Shown: positions 52,301 to 64,000 of the stretch, piece by piece
How the letters are laid out: the number at the start of each line of letters is the position of its first letter
How positions within the stretch are numbered: the first letter of the stretch is position 1
Source: Eledone cirrhosa
Lineage: Eukaryota
NCBI GenBank assembly: GCA_964016885.1
Contig: OZ024744.1
Location: 93,682,001 to 93,746,000 of the forward strand
Length of the DNA stretch: 64,000 bases
Reading direction: 5' to 3'
Translations under genes and position numbers: made by a program
Notes under the pieces: generated by a model
Told to the model about the DNA's origin: nothing
The model's input: only the letters and a program-made list of their open reading frames with translations
Database searches by the model: none

Positions 52301-55190
52301 CAAAAGAGACTTACAGAAACCGGATTAGCAGATTAGTTAAGGAGAGGTTGACGGGTGCAATCGTCAACAACCGATGGTGGGCATCTCTCAAAAGAGAGAT
52401 TAGAACAGAATCAATAAGTTATAGCAAGATGTTAGCTGCCAATAGGAATAGAAACGAGAAAGAATTAACAGGTAAATTAGAAGAGGCAATCAAGAGCGAA
52501 GATGTGGCCAGAGTGCTGGCATCGAGGACGGCCTTGAACCAGTTTTTCGATGCAAAGCATGAAGGCTGCGTCATTCGAAGTAAAATACGTGCTCTAGGTA
52601 ATGAGGGGGCCAAAGCCGTTGGATGGGCCCGCGTGACAGAAGCTAAAAGTGGAAATCGATCCACCATCCGGTCGTTGCAAGACGAAGATGGACGAGTGAT
52701 CCGGGAGCCTAAGCAGATGTGCGAGGCCTTTCAAAAGCACTTTGCCCGATTGTTCGGGGGAGGCGAGGGTCCGGGCCGGGGCGTGGATTTCGGTCCATAC
52801 CTCGACGGCCTGCCGCGTCTCTCGAACAAAGAGGCGGAGTCCTGCGAGGGACCAATCTCGGCTGATGAGATCGGAGATGCGCTGAGCCAATGCAGCAGAC
52901 GCAAATCTCCAGGTCTCGATGGTATACCTTACGAACTTTATTTAGCAATGCCGGTCTTCTTCTCCGAACTCCTCGAAGGTCTACTGCAATTGGCAGCAGA
53001 ACGGGAGAATTCCTTGTTCTGTAGCCAAGGGCGTAGTCACGCTGGTGAGGAAGGACGAGAACAAGGGGGATAGTATAAATAATTTTCGGCCCATAACCCT
53101 GCTAAACACAGAGTTAAAGATTTTGGCCAAGGTGTTAGCAAAGAGGTTGGCGCTTGTCGTGGGTGGCCTGGTGGGAGATGCGCAGACATGTGCTATCCCA
53201 TCCAGGTCCATTCACGATAACCTCCACCTCATGCGATACATCATAGAGAGGGTTGGCAACAAACCCGGCTTCGGTGGGGCCCTGATCAACTTGGATCAGT
53301 CTAAGGCCTTCGATAGGGTCGACCATGGTTACCTGGATGCGGTGCTAGCGGCGGCTGGGTTCGGTCCTGTTTTCAGAGGCTGGATCACTGCCCTACATAG
53401 CAACCACATCTGTTCTAGGATCAAGGTGAACGGCTACCTTTCGAAGCCGTTCGAAATCACACGATCCATTCGACAGGGGTGCCCTCTCTCCTCCCTTCTG
53501 TACGTATTGACTCTCGAGCCTTTACTGAGGAAGTTGGAGTTGTTGCAGGGTATCCCCCTGGAACCAGGATTGAGCAAAGCGGTGTCGGCCTACGCCGATG
53601 ACGTAACAGTAATGGTATCAACCGACTCGGAGATCGAGGCGATCGGTACCTTACTGGAGGAGTACGAAAGGTTGTCAGGAGCGAAACTGAACCGGGAAAA
53701 ATCCATCGGGCTGCAACTCGGAACGTGGAGAGGCAGACCGATGCCTCCCGATGGTGTCGTCGGACACTGGACGGAGGGCCCGGTAAAGTTGCTTGGGGTC
53801 TGGTTTGGACCGGACCTCCAGGTGGAAAAGAACTGGAACGAGGTTACGAACAAGGTGTTTGCACTAACCCAGAAATGGGCCAAGTGTAAGCTGTCCCTAA
53901 AAGGCCGGGCGGAGGTGGCGAACATTTACATAGCGTCCGTCACTTACTACCGCCTGACTGTCGTGCCTTGCCCTAAGGAAACACTCACCACCATGGAACG
54001 CATGCTCTTCCAATTTCTTTGGAAGAAGCGTCCTCCTATGGTGAGAAGATCCATCTGCTGCCAACAACCTTCGAAAGGAGGGCTGGGGATGCCGTGGTTG
54101 ATGATGCGTAGGCACGCATTAAGGCTACGGCACCTACAGGTATTCCTCACTGGTCAACCGGTGTGGGCTCCGTTCGTGAAACGAGCCTTTCCGAGACTCG
54201 TCTCACTCACCGAGCTACAGTCCTGGGTCAAGCAAAGATCCGGAAAACTGGGAGACTGGCACACTGAGTGTGCTCAGGCGCTCAGGGCTCTCTGGCAAGC
54301 GGGCCGGGCCATCGGTGGAGAATCCACCTCATCATTCTATAGAGGGCTGGTGGCTAGCAGGGGCGATGACACCCTTGGAGAGTCGCTGGACATGGAAGAA
54401 GACGAACTGGCCAGCCTGTTCGGTAGGACTTTCGGCCCAGGACCAATGGACAACTTCCAGAAGTCACTGGCCTGGCAGTGCTACCGAGGGGCTCTACCCG
54501 TTCGAGAGAGGCTCTACAGACACGGGCGCCCGGGCAGGGATCCCTCAAAAAAGATTTGCCCTAGATGCGTGCGTCACGAAGAAACCGTGGCGCACGCATT
54601 GGTGCAATGTCCGGGCGTGGCTGATCTGTGGGGCTACGCCGAACAACTGCTGTCGCGGGTGGCGCCGATTAAATTGACCGCCGAGTCCGTGATGACAATC
54701 AAGCCGCCTCCCCTCTTCACAAAGGAAGCAAAGGCGGTTTTTCTGTGCGTAATAGCCATGTTGAAAGAGGTTGTTTGGTGGACACGATTGAAAGGTCTGA
54801 GGTCAGGCAACTTCCTCTCTGGCCATAGTCTGGTCTACTTCTTCCGATATCACTTCGGAAGAAGGATAAGAATGGAGAGAGAGGTGCTTGGCCACAGGCA
54901 GTTTTATGAAAGGTGGGTGATAGTGGCGAGAATGGCTCGTGTAAATGGGCCTTCTCTGTATACCATCCTGTAGGTAAAGAAGTAAAGGAGAGGGGAGCAC
55001 CTTCTCCATGTGCTCCCCGGGCAAAGGATTGCACACTTTTTCGGGGGTGTGTGCAACCCCCATCACGTCCCCTCCCTTTTGAGGTTATTTTCGATTATTT
55101 TCATGTTACACCCTTTTTACTCGATTATATGTAAACTCCCCCTTTGTATTTGTCCCTTCTTTTTATGCCTTTATGGTAAATAAAGAAATC
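49396..55190 (+). mobile_element. Near-full-length Tx1/L1-clade non-LTR retrotransposon (ORF1 CCHC; ORF2 APE-RT-Zn), frameshifted
   Basis: ORF1 CHICAGRGHLKAAC; ORF2 CLNARGL, AGDWN, SYLDRFL, TDHK, PGYWKLN, KSPGLDG, LDQSKAFD, QGCPLS, AYADD, CPRC...ETVAHALVQC; frameshifts near 49800-49870 and 52980; ends AATAAA-gaaatc-(TA)n. Confidence 0.95.
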
Positions 55191-55372
55191 TATATATATA
55201 TATATATTATATATATGTAATATATATATATATGATATATATATATGATATATATATAAATATATATATAATATATATATATATAATATATATATATATA
55301 TAATATATATATATATAATATATATATAATATATATATATATAATATATATATATTATATAATATATATATA

Positions 55373-55429
<57 letters not shown>

Positions 55430-55496
55430 ATATATAATATATATATATAATATATACGATATTAATAAATGGAAACTATATTTATAAAACCATATT

Positions 55497-55561
55497 TATT
55501 TCATTATACATATTTTAAGGATACCAAGTTAAATTATGGTATGCCTTCATCAGACAAAATA
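55497..55561 (-). ncRNA. Decayed hammerhead (GAAA to AAAA), paralog of 57770-57835
   Basis: Minus strand: tattttgt-CTGATGA-aggcatacca...tggtatcctt-AAAA-tatgta-TA-atgaaata. Confidence 0.55.
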
Positions 55562-55891
55562 CAATATATACCAGTTTTATAAATAAACATTGACGTACCC
55601 TTTCAAAATGCGACCATTACTTTTGGAAGACATCAGGATAGTGGTTTGTTTATTTTAGTAAGTCGTAGTGTTAAGGATAAGTAAAAAGACGGAGAGAGAG
55701 AAAAGTGGAGAAAGGAAAGGGAGAAATAAATAAAGAAAAAGAGGAAAGAAAAAAAAAAGAGAAAAAGTGTGCTTTATATCAGTTATAAAAATATTTACTT
55801 GTTGTATCCCAACAATTTAAATAGAACTTTTGCATATATATAATATATATATATTATATATATAATATATATATATTATATATATAATATA

Positions 55892-55992
<101 letters not shown>

Positions 55993-56115
55993 GGAGGTGA
56001 GTTTTATTGTAGTACAATAAAGCAATGCAGATATCGGATAAGAAGCACTCTACAGTTTGTGGGAGTGGAGTATGCATAATATAAGATCAAAAGATGGTTA
56101 AAGGAGTTCAATATA

Positions 56116-56182
56116 TTTTATTATGCGCATTTCAAAAACAAACATCATCAAACAATAATATTTGTGTTTTCATCAGATAAAA
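56116..56182 (-). ncRNA. Minimal type I hammerhead ribozyme
   Basis: Minus strand: ttttat-CTGATGA-aaacacaaatattattg(ttt)gatgatgtttgttttt-GAAA-tgcgca-TA-ataaaa; palindromic stem III. Confidence 0.85.
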
Positions 56183-56489
56183 CAGGAGAACATGATATGA
56201 AGGCTAAAAAAACACTTGTTGATAGTGCAGTTTTAAATCAACATATGAAAAGTGGTTTTAGATTGATGTGTGATATTGGGAAAAATATTTTATTTAGAGA
56301 GGGGGGGAGAGAAAAGGATGAAAAGGGAAGGAGATGAGAGGGAGAGATGGGTGATAGAGAGAAAGAGATAGTTTTTATAACAGAGAGGAGATATATTTTA
56401 TATAGAGGGGTTGAAAACCGTTGGAAGATACTGTATAAATTAAAAATTTTGAAAATTAACGAAGGGAGGATATGTGCGAGGAAAAAATA

Positions 56490-57172
<683 letters not shown>

Positions 57173-57214
57173 TATATATAATATATATATATATTATATA
57201 TATAATATATATAT

Positions 57215-57249
<35 letters not shown>

Positions 57250-57421
57250 ATATATATATATTATATATATAATATATATATAATATTGTCAATAATTGGG
57301 TTGTTATTTCAATGAGTTCCTCATTGAAATAACAACCCAACAAGGAACTGGGCATATCAGAGTATTGACAATATTATACACCTAAACAACATATGTACTT
57401 GTCTATACCATACTAATTCAA

Positions 57422-57476
57422 ACTGCCTGAAGAGGTCACAGCCAAAGATGGCTGTCACTGAAATATATATAGCAGT
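57422..57476 (+). ncRNA. Minimal type I hammerhead ribozyme
   Basis: actgc-CTGAAGA-ggtcacagcc(aaagat)ggctgtcact-GAAA-tatata-TA-gcagt, immediately followed by AATAAA. Confidence 0.88.
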
Positions 57477-57769
57477 AATAAACGAAGCTAAATTTTAATC
57501 ATTTGACTTTTATTTCACTTTATTTTACACTACTCCGGAGTAACCAAACCAACCTGCGCACTTCGTCGAGTGCTCCAGCCTGCATACTGATGTGTTGGTA
57601 TACAACCAACATAAACTCAAAATATATATTATATATATATGGAAAGTTATATTTAAATTGTTGGGTTACAACTAGTAAATATTTATAACTGATATAAAAG
57701 CACTCAACAAGTATTTGGAGTATATTTACGATATTAAATAAATGGAAACTATATTTATAAAACCATATT

Positions 57770-57835
57770 TATTTCATTATATATATTTCAGGGATATCAT
57801 ATTAACAATATGTTATGCCTTCTTCAGACAAAATA
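57770..57835 (-). ncRNA. Minimal type I hammerhead ribozyme in the inverted pLTR of the Penelope-like element
   Basis: Minus strand: tattttgt-CTGAAGA-aggcataacatatt(gtt)aatatgatatccct-GAAA-tatata-TA-atgaaata, overlapping AATAAA. Confidence 0.85.
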
Positions 57836-58381
57836 CAATATAGACAGTTTTATAGATAAATAGATTTGACATACCGTTCAACATCGACTTGTATTTGAAA
57901 AAGTTGATTTGGCAGTGAAAAATTGTAAACAGAAAGAAAGAAAGAAAGAAAGAAGGAAAGAAAAAACAAAGAAAAAGAAGAAAAAGAAGAAATGCATGCA
58001 ACAAAATAGAGAGATGGAAAGATAGATAAAGAGAAGAACTTCATGTAAAGAAACAGAGAGAGATATATAGAGAGAGGAAATAGATAGAGATAGATATATA
58101 TAGAGAAAAGTAGGTAGTTGAACGACGTATCAATGATACATTTATTTATTTATTTATTTATTTATTTAGCTCTAGTATTAATGTAAGGGAGATATATGTG
58201 GTTAGGAAAGAAACCAGCCGTTATATAGAGAGAAAAATGAAAAGTAACCAGACATAGGCGAGGCAGAATTTAAAAACCCTATGTTTTAATGTAGAAATAT
58301 TAGTTCGTATAAAAACCAGGCACTATAATGTAAATATCAGTATTCCTGAATGAGACACGTATCTATAATGTGTGAAAAGTA

Positions 58382-59224
58382 ATGATCTTATGTCTAGTTT
58401 TAAAAAGAGCAGGATATAGTGATAAGATTATGTACATAGATAATGATAGACAAACTAAACAAAATAACAACTATTTTAATTACGGCCACAACCTTAACAA
58501 CTATAATAGAAAGCATTACAATAATTCCAAAAGCCAAAAAAGAAATAGAACTAGGAACATAATATGGTTTGCCCCCCCTTTCTCACTAAACATTAAAACC
58601 CACATCGCTAAACTATTTTTTAAAGCTCTTGATAATCGCTTCCCTAGAACACATAGGTATCACTCAATTTTCAATAGACATACTATAAAATTAACCTACT
58701 CATCCACCAAAAATTTAGCACAAAATATTAATAGAATAAATAATAGGAACTTAAAACCTAGCGATAATAGCATAAATAATATACAAGTTAACAAATGTAA
58801 CTGTAGAGATAGATCTAAATGTCCGTTAAATAACAACTGCTTAGTTAAAAATATAATATACAACTGTAATGTTAAAACGGACTCTAATTCTTTTAACTAC
58901 GTCGGTTCCACATCGACGGAATTTAAACTTCGCTATAATAACCACAAGAATTCTTTCACAGATCCAAGCAAAAAATCTTCAACAGCACTATCAGGCGTAC
59001 TCTGGCAACTTAGGCAAGATAACGTTAGATATTCGACGGCTTGGAATATAGTCTCAAGAGGGATTCCTTTTAATTCATCCTCTGAGACATGTGACCTCTG
59101 CGCGGAGGAGATATTCTTTATACTAAAATCTAAAAATTCCCTTAATCTACGGACAAATTTATTCAGTTGCTGCAAACATAGATTGAACTCAACTTTTAAA
59201 TATAAATTTAAATTTAAAATGTAG
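58382..59224 (+). CDS. Penelope-like GIY-YIG endonuclease region (probably Naiad-type); RT missing
   Basis: IIWFAPPFS, CNCR...CPL...C, IIY...NYVGST...FKLRYNNH, STALS, CDLCAEE, LNLR...SCCKH; the first ~8 codons come from the inverted arm. Confidence 0.85.
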   Translation: MILCLVLKRAGYSDKIMYIDNDRQTKQNNNYFNYGHNLNNYNRKHYNNSKSQKRNRTRNIIWFAPPFSLNIKTHIAKLFFKALDNRFPRTHRYHSIFNRHTIKLTYSSTKNLAQNINRINNRNLKPSDNSINNIQVNKCNCRDRSKCPLNNNCLVKNIIYNCNVKTDSNSFNYVGSTSTEFKLRYNNHKNSFTDPSKKSSTALSGVLWQLRQDNVRYSTAWNIVSRGIPFNSSSETCDLCAEEIFFILKSKNSLNLRTNLFSCCKHRLNSTFKYKFKFKM

Positions 59225-60555
59225 TATATTTAGTTTGATTTGTAATTATTTGGGAAACTAGCCGATAAATCTTTCGATTTCTTCTTTTTATTCTTCTTTT
59301 TATTTTTATTTTTATTTTAAACATTCTTCATGAAAAATTAAACTACCCTAAAAGTTGATGCTCCAAATATATCGAATAAACGTTACACTAGATAAACTTC
59401 TATATTAAATATAAGAACATATGTAGACCAAATGGGCATCCTAAACTTTTGAAATGATTTCTGCTAGACGCGATTTGGTAAATAATTTTTAGCTTTATCT
59501 GTTTTCGACTCTGAAGCTTATAATGAACTTGGCAATATATTGTCAATTAATTTTGAAGGGTTGATCTTTGTGGTCGATTTGCGTGGCGTATTATGTTTTT
59601 ATTTTTATTATTTTAATATTTTTTAATATTTTTAATATTTTCATTTTTAATATGTAATATTTTTTAGTTTTCTATTTTATTTATTTGTTTATTATTATTA
59701 TTATTATTATTATTATTTTTTGTTTTTGTTTCTGATATTTTTATTAATATATTGAAATCTGTTCTCTATTTCTGCTTGATAGATAATCATGTAGAGTAAA
59801 GACAAGAATAGTATTGTTAAAATTAATATAGACTCTATATATATGTGTGTGTATATACACATATATGTATACTTAAATTTTTATAGCACAATGAGAATGT
59901 TCTCCGTGTGAAATAGGGGTTTGCAGAGTTGATCACGTAAATTCACATCGATGTTTGTAGTTATCATATAAACATATGAATTTTTAAAACTAGACATAAG
60001 ATCATTACTTTTCACACATTATAGATACGTGTCTCATTCAGGAATACTGATATTTACATTATAGTGCCTGGTTTTTATACGAACTAATATTTCTACATTA
60101 AAACATAGGGTTTTTAAATTCTGCCTCGCCTATGTCTGGTTACTTTTCATTTTTCTCTCTATATAACGGCTGGTTTCTTTCCTAACCACATATATCTCCC
60201 TTACATTAATACTAGAGCTAAATAAATAAATAAATAAATAAATAAATGTATCATTGATACGTCGTTCAACTACCTACTTTTCTCTATATATATCTATCTC
60301 TATCTATTTCCTCTCTCTATATATCTCTCTCTGTTTCTTTACATGAAGTTCTTCTCTTTATCTATCTTTCCATCTCTCTATTTTGTTGCATGCATTTCTT
60401 CTTTTTCTTCTTTTTCTTTGTTTTTTCTTTCCTTCTTTCTTTCTTTCTTTCTTTCTGTTTACAATTTTTCACTGCCAAATCAACTTTTTCAAATACAAGT
60501 CGATGTTGAACGGTATGTCAAATCTATTTATCTATAAAACTGTCTATATTGTATT

Positions 60556-61798
60556 TTCGTTCGTGCTGGACTATTCTTTCCCTAGCGCTCATATATTCAC
60601 CTAGCTTACGCTAACAGAATAATTTTTGAAGCTTGTTTCTCTCCCACGGTATGCTATCTTTTCTGTTGTTCTCCTGTCTCACTCGCTTTACGCGTTTTAA
60701 TTGTCCTAATAACTTATTTTGGTTATTATTGCACCGAAGTGAGATATATGATTTTTAATGCAATGAAATATCTATGATCTTCGGCAAATCACTGATGAGG
60801 GACGTATTTTATTACATGTTACCATGTGCTACCTGCAGTATTTTTCTCTATATTTTAATACATATATTTACCACTGCGATTCTGTGTTTTTTTCTCTCTC
60901 TCTTACTGTTCCCCCATTCTCTCTGTTTCTCCCCCTCTGTCTTGTCCGTTAACTCTTCCTCACACTTTCACTCACTCACTGTTTTTCTCCCTCTTCTCTT
61001 CATTTCATCCTGCACTCACGGACGCTATTTTTTCTCTCTCTGCTCAATGGCCTTCGTTCGTGCTGGACTATTCTTTCCCTAGCGCTCATATATTCACCTA
61101 GCTTACGCTAACAGAATAATTTTTGAAGCTTGTTTCTCTCCCACGGTATGCTATCTTTTCTGTTGTTCTCCTGTCTCACTCGCTTTACGCGTTTTAATTG
61201 TCCTAATAACTTATTTTGGTTATTATTGCACCGAAGTGAGATATATGATTTTTAATGCAATGAAATATCTATGATCTTCGGCAAATCACTGATGAGGGAC
61301 GTATTTTATTACATGTTACCATGTGCTACCTGCAGTATTTTTCTCTATATTTTAATACATATATTTACCACTGCGATTCTGTGTTTTTTTCTCTCTCTCT
61401 TACTGTTCCCCCATTCTCTCTGTTTCTCCCCCTCTGTCTTGTCCGTTAACTCTTCCTCACACTTTCACTCACTCACTGTTTTTCTCCCTCTTCTCTTCAT
61501 TTCATCCTGCACTCACGGACGCTATTTTCTCTCTCTCTGCTCAATGGCCTTCGTTCGTGCTGGACTATTCTTTCCCTAGCGCTCATATATTCACCTAGCT
61601 TACGCTAACAGAATAATTTTTGAAGCTTGTTTCTCTCCCACGGTATGCTATCTTTTCTGTTGTTCTCCTGTCTCACTCGCTTTACGCGTTTTAATTGTCC
61701 TAATAACTTATTTTGGTTATTATTGCACCGAAGTGAGATATATGATTTTTAATGCAATGAAATATCTATGATCTTCGGCAAATCACTGATGAGGGACG

Positions 61799-61803
<5 letters not shown>
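60556..61803 (+). repeat. 497-bp tandem repeat (2.5 units), each unit with a CTGATGAG half-hammerhead
   Basis: Repeated ORF starts at 60774, 61271, 61768; CTGATGAG at 60792, 61289, 61786. Confidence 0.92.
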
Positions 61804-61855
<52 letters not shown>

Positions 61856-62156
61856 GTACATACACACACATATACACGCATACTTACGCATGCACAAATA
61901 TAGATATATGTACACACATCTACATACGCACACACACAAATAACAAAAAATATAATAATAAAAATACCGTCACATAAGAATAAAAATGAATGTAAAAATT
62001 ATAAAGTTGACAGCGATACAGGTAACAAATAAATGAACAAACACACGTGGTAAGCAATACACATAATTGCAGATACACATACATACATAAAAATAAATAC
62101 ATACACACACACATATACATACATATCCATATACACATACATACACATACACATAT

Positions 62157-62247
<91 letters not shown>

Positions 62248-62286
62248 ATATATAAGAACAAAAGATGGTTAAAAGAGTTCCATGTA

Positions 62287-62353
62287 TTTTATTATGCGCA
62301 TTTCAAAAACAAATATCATCATGCAATAATATTTGTGTTTTCATCAGATAAAA
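62287..62353 (-). ncRNA. Minimal type I hammerhead ribozyme (paralog of 56116-56182)
   Basis: Minus strand: ttttat-CTGATGA-long stem II-GAAA-tgcgca-TA-ataaaa. Confidence 0.85.
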
Positions 62354-62599
62354 CAGGAAGACATGAAATGAAGGTTAAAAAACACTTGTGGATAGTGCAG
62401 TTTTAAATCAACATATGAAAAGTAGTTGTTCTTATATATTATGTATACTCCAGTCCTACAAACTGTAGAGTGCTTCTTATCCGATATCTGCATTGCTTTA
62501 TTGTACTACAATAAAACTCACCCCTACACTATATATACACATATATATATACATACATATACACAAACACACATACAAATACATACACATACATGTATG

Positions 62600-62796
62600 T
62601 ATTTGTATGTATGTGTGTAAAACGCATTCTTAGATGTATTCATTATATACATCTAAGAATGAGTTTTACACACATACATATGTGTGTGTATGTATTTGTA
62701 TGTATGTGTTTGTGTATATGTATGTATATATATGTTTATATATATATATATGTGTATGTATGTGTGTGTGTGTATGTATATGTGTGTGTATGTATG

Positions 62797-62843
<47 letters not shown>

Positions 62844-63763
62844 GTGTATATGTATGTGTATATGTATATGTATATGTAAAAGTATATGTATACATATACA
62901 TATACATATACACATACATGCACACACACACATATACATACACACACATACATACACATATATACACGGCATACGTCAAGACGGGCGGTCTCAAAAGTGA
63001 AACTAATTTTACGATTGTGAATTTGTTTGTTTTTTTACAACAGGTCTCAATAGTGAAAGTATAATGCAGACACACGCAATTGTATGGATTTCTTAATATA
63101 TATATATATGTGTGGGTGTGTATATGTGTGTATATATATGTGTGTGTGTATGTATATATATATATGTGTTTGTATATATGTGTTTGTGTCTTCATCATCG
63201 TTTAACGTCTACCTTCCACGCAAGCATGGGTTTAGACGTATATATATATTTGTGTGTATATATGTGTTTGTGTGTATATATATGTGTGTTTGTGTGTATA
63301 TATATGTGTCTGTATATATATATATATATGTGTATGTGGCCACATATATATACACACAAACACACATATATATACACACAAACACATATATACACACAAA
63401 CATATATATACGTCTAAACCCATGCTTGCAAGGAAGATAGACGTTAAACGATGATGAAGACACAAACACATATATACAAACACACATATATATATAGATA
63501 CACACAGACATATATATACACACATATACACACCCACACATATATATATATTAAGAAATCCATACAATTGCGTGTGTCTGCATTATACTTTCACTATTGA
63601 GACCTGTTGTAAAAAAAAAAACAAATTCACAATCGTAAAATTTATTTCACTTTTGAGATATACATATACACATACATACACACATACATATACATATACA
63701 TATGCATATACACATACATACACATACATACACACACACATACATACACACACATACATACAC

Positions 63764-63796
<33 letters not shown>

Positions 63797-64000
63797 TATA
63801 CATACATATACACAAACACATACATACAAATACATACACACACATATGTATGTGTGTAAAACTCATTCTTATGTATATAATGAATACATCTAAGAATGAG
63901 TTTGTGTGTATTTATTTTTATGTATGTATGTGTATGTGCAATTATGTGTATTGCTTACCACGTGTGTTTGTTCATTTATTTGTTACCTGTATCGCTGTCA
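62600..64000. repeat. Large imperfect foldback of CA/TA microsatellite plus unique blocks, centred near 63330
   Basis: 62989-63300 inverted at 63345-63658; 62606-62700 at 63820-63899; 63900-64000 is the inverse of 62008-62110. Confidence 0.85.

Larger units (their letters stand above)
57728..60557 (+). mobile_element. 5'-truncated Penelope-like element with ~575-bp inverted repeat (57830-58406 / 59981-60557)
   Basis: Identical ORFs 57850-58044 (-) and 60343-60537 (+) mark the arms; the GIY-YIG ORF lies between them. Confidence 0.88.

Noticed and set aside
58382-59224. Selenocysteine recoding as reported for some Naiad elements
   Set aside because: No in-frame TGA in this fragment; Cys codons are ordinary and the stop is TAG

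Overview
AT-rich, repeat-saturated animal genomic DNA; the SINE/LINE families and the (TA)n/(CAT)n density suggest an octopod cephalopod (inference). It contains one host gene, an intact VAMP7 (longin R-SNARE, 219 aa, 8 coding exons, + strand, CDS 9015-26674). Its introns hold LINE-derived satellites, minisatellites, SINEs, MITEs and Helitrons. From about 29 kb on, the window is a pile-up of retroelements, mostly bounded by (TA)n: two near-full-length RTE LINEs with an internal PHD-like finger, a Gypsy element with two unrelated LTRs, a near-full-length Tx1/L1-clade element and a Penelope-like GIY-YIG fragment. The main hidden signal is about ten minimal type I hammerhead ribozymes plus several decayed ones, read by eye on both strands. 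They sit in short non-coding, often inverted-repeat elements, include a recurring CCGANGA-core/CAATTG variant with greatly extended stem II, and one lies sense inside a VAMP7 intron. A second notable signal is a 132-bp tandem array that copied a VAMP7 splice acceptor five times, in frame and stop-free. Repeat boundaries are approximate and no database search or folding was run.
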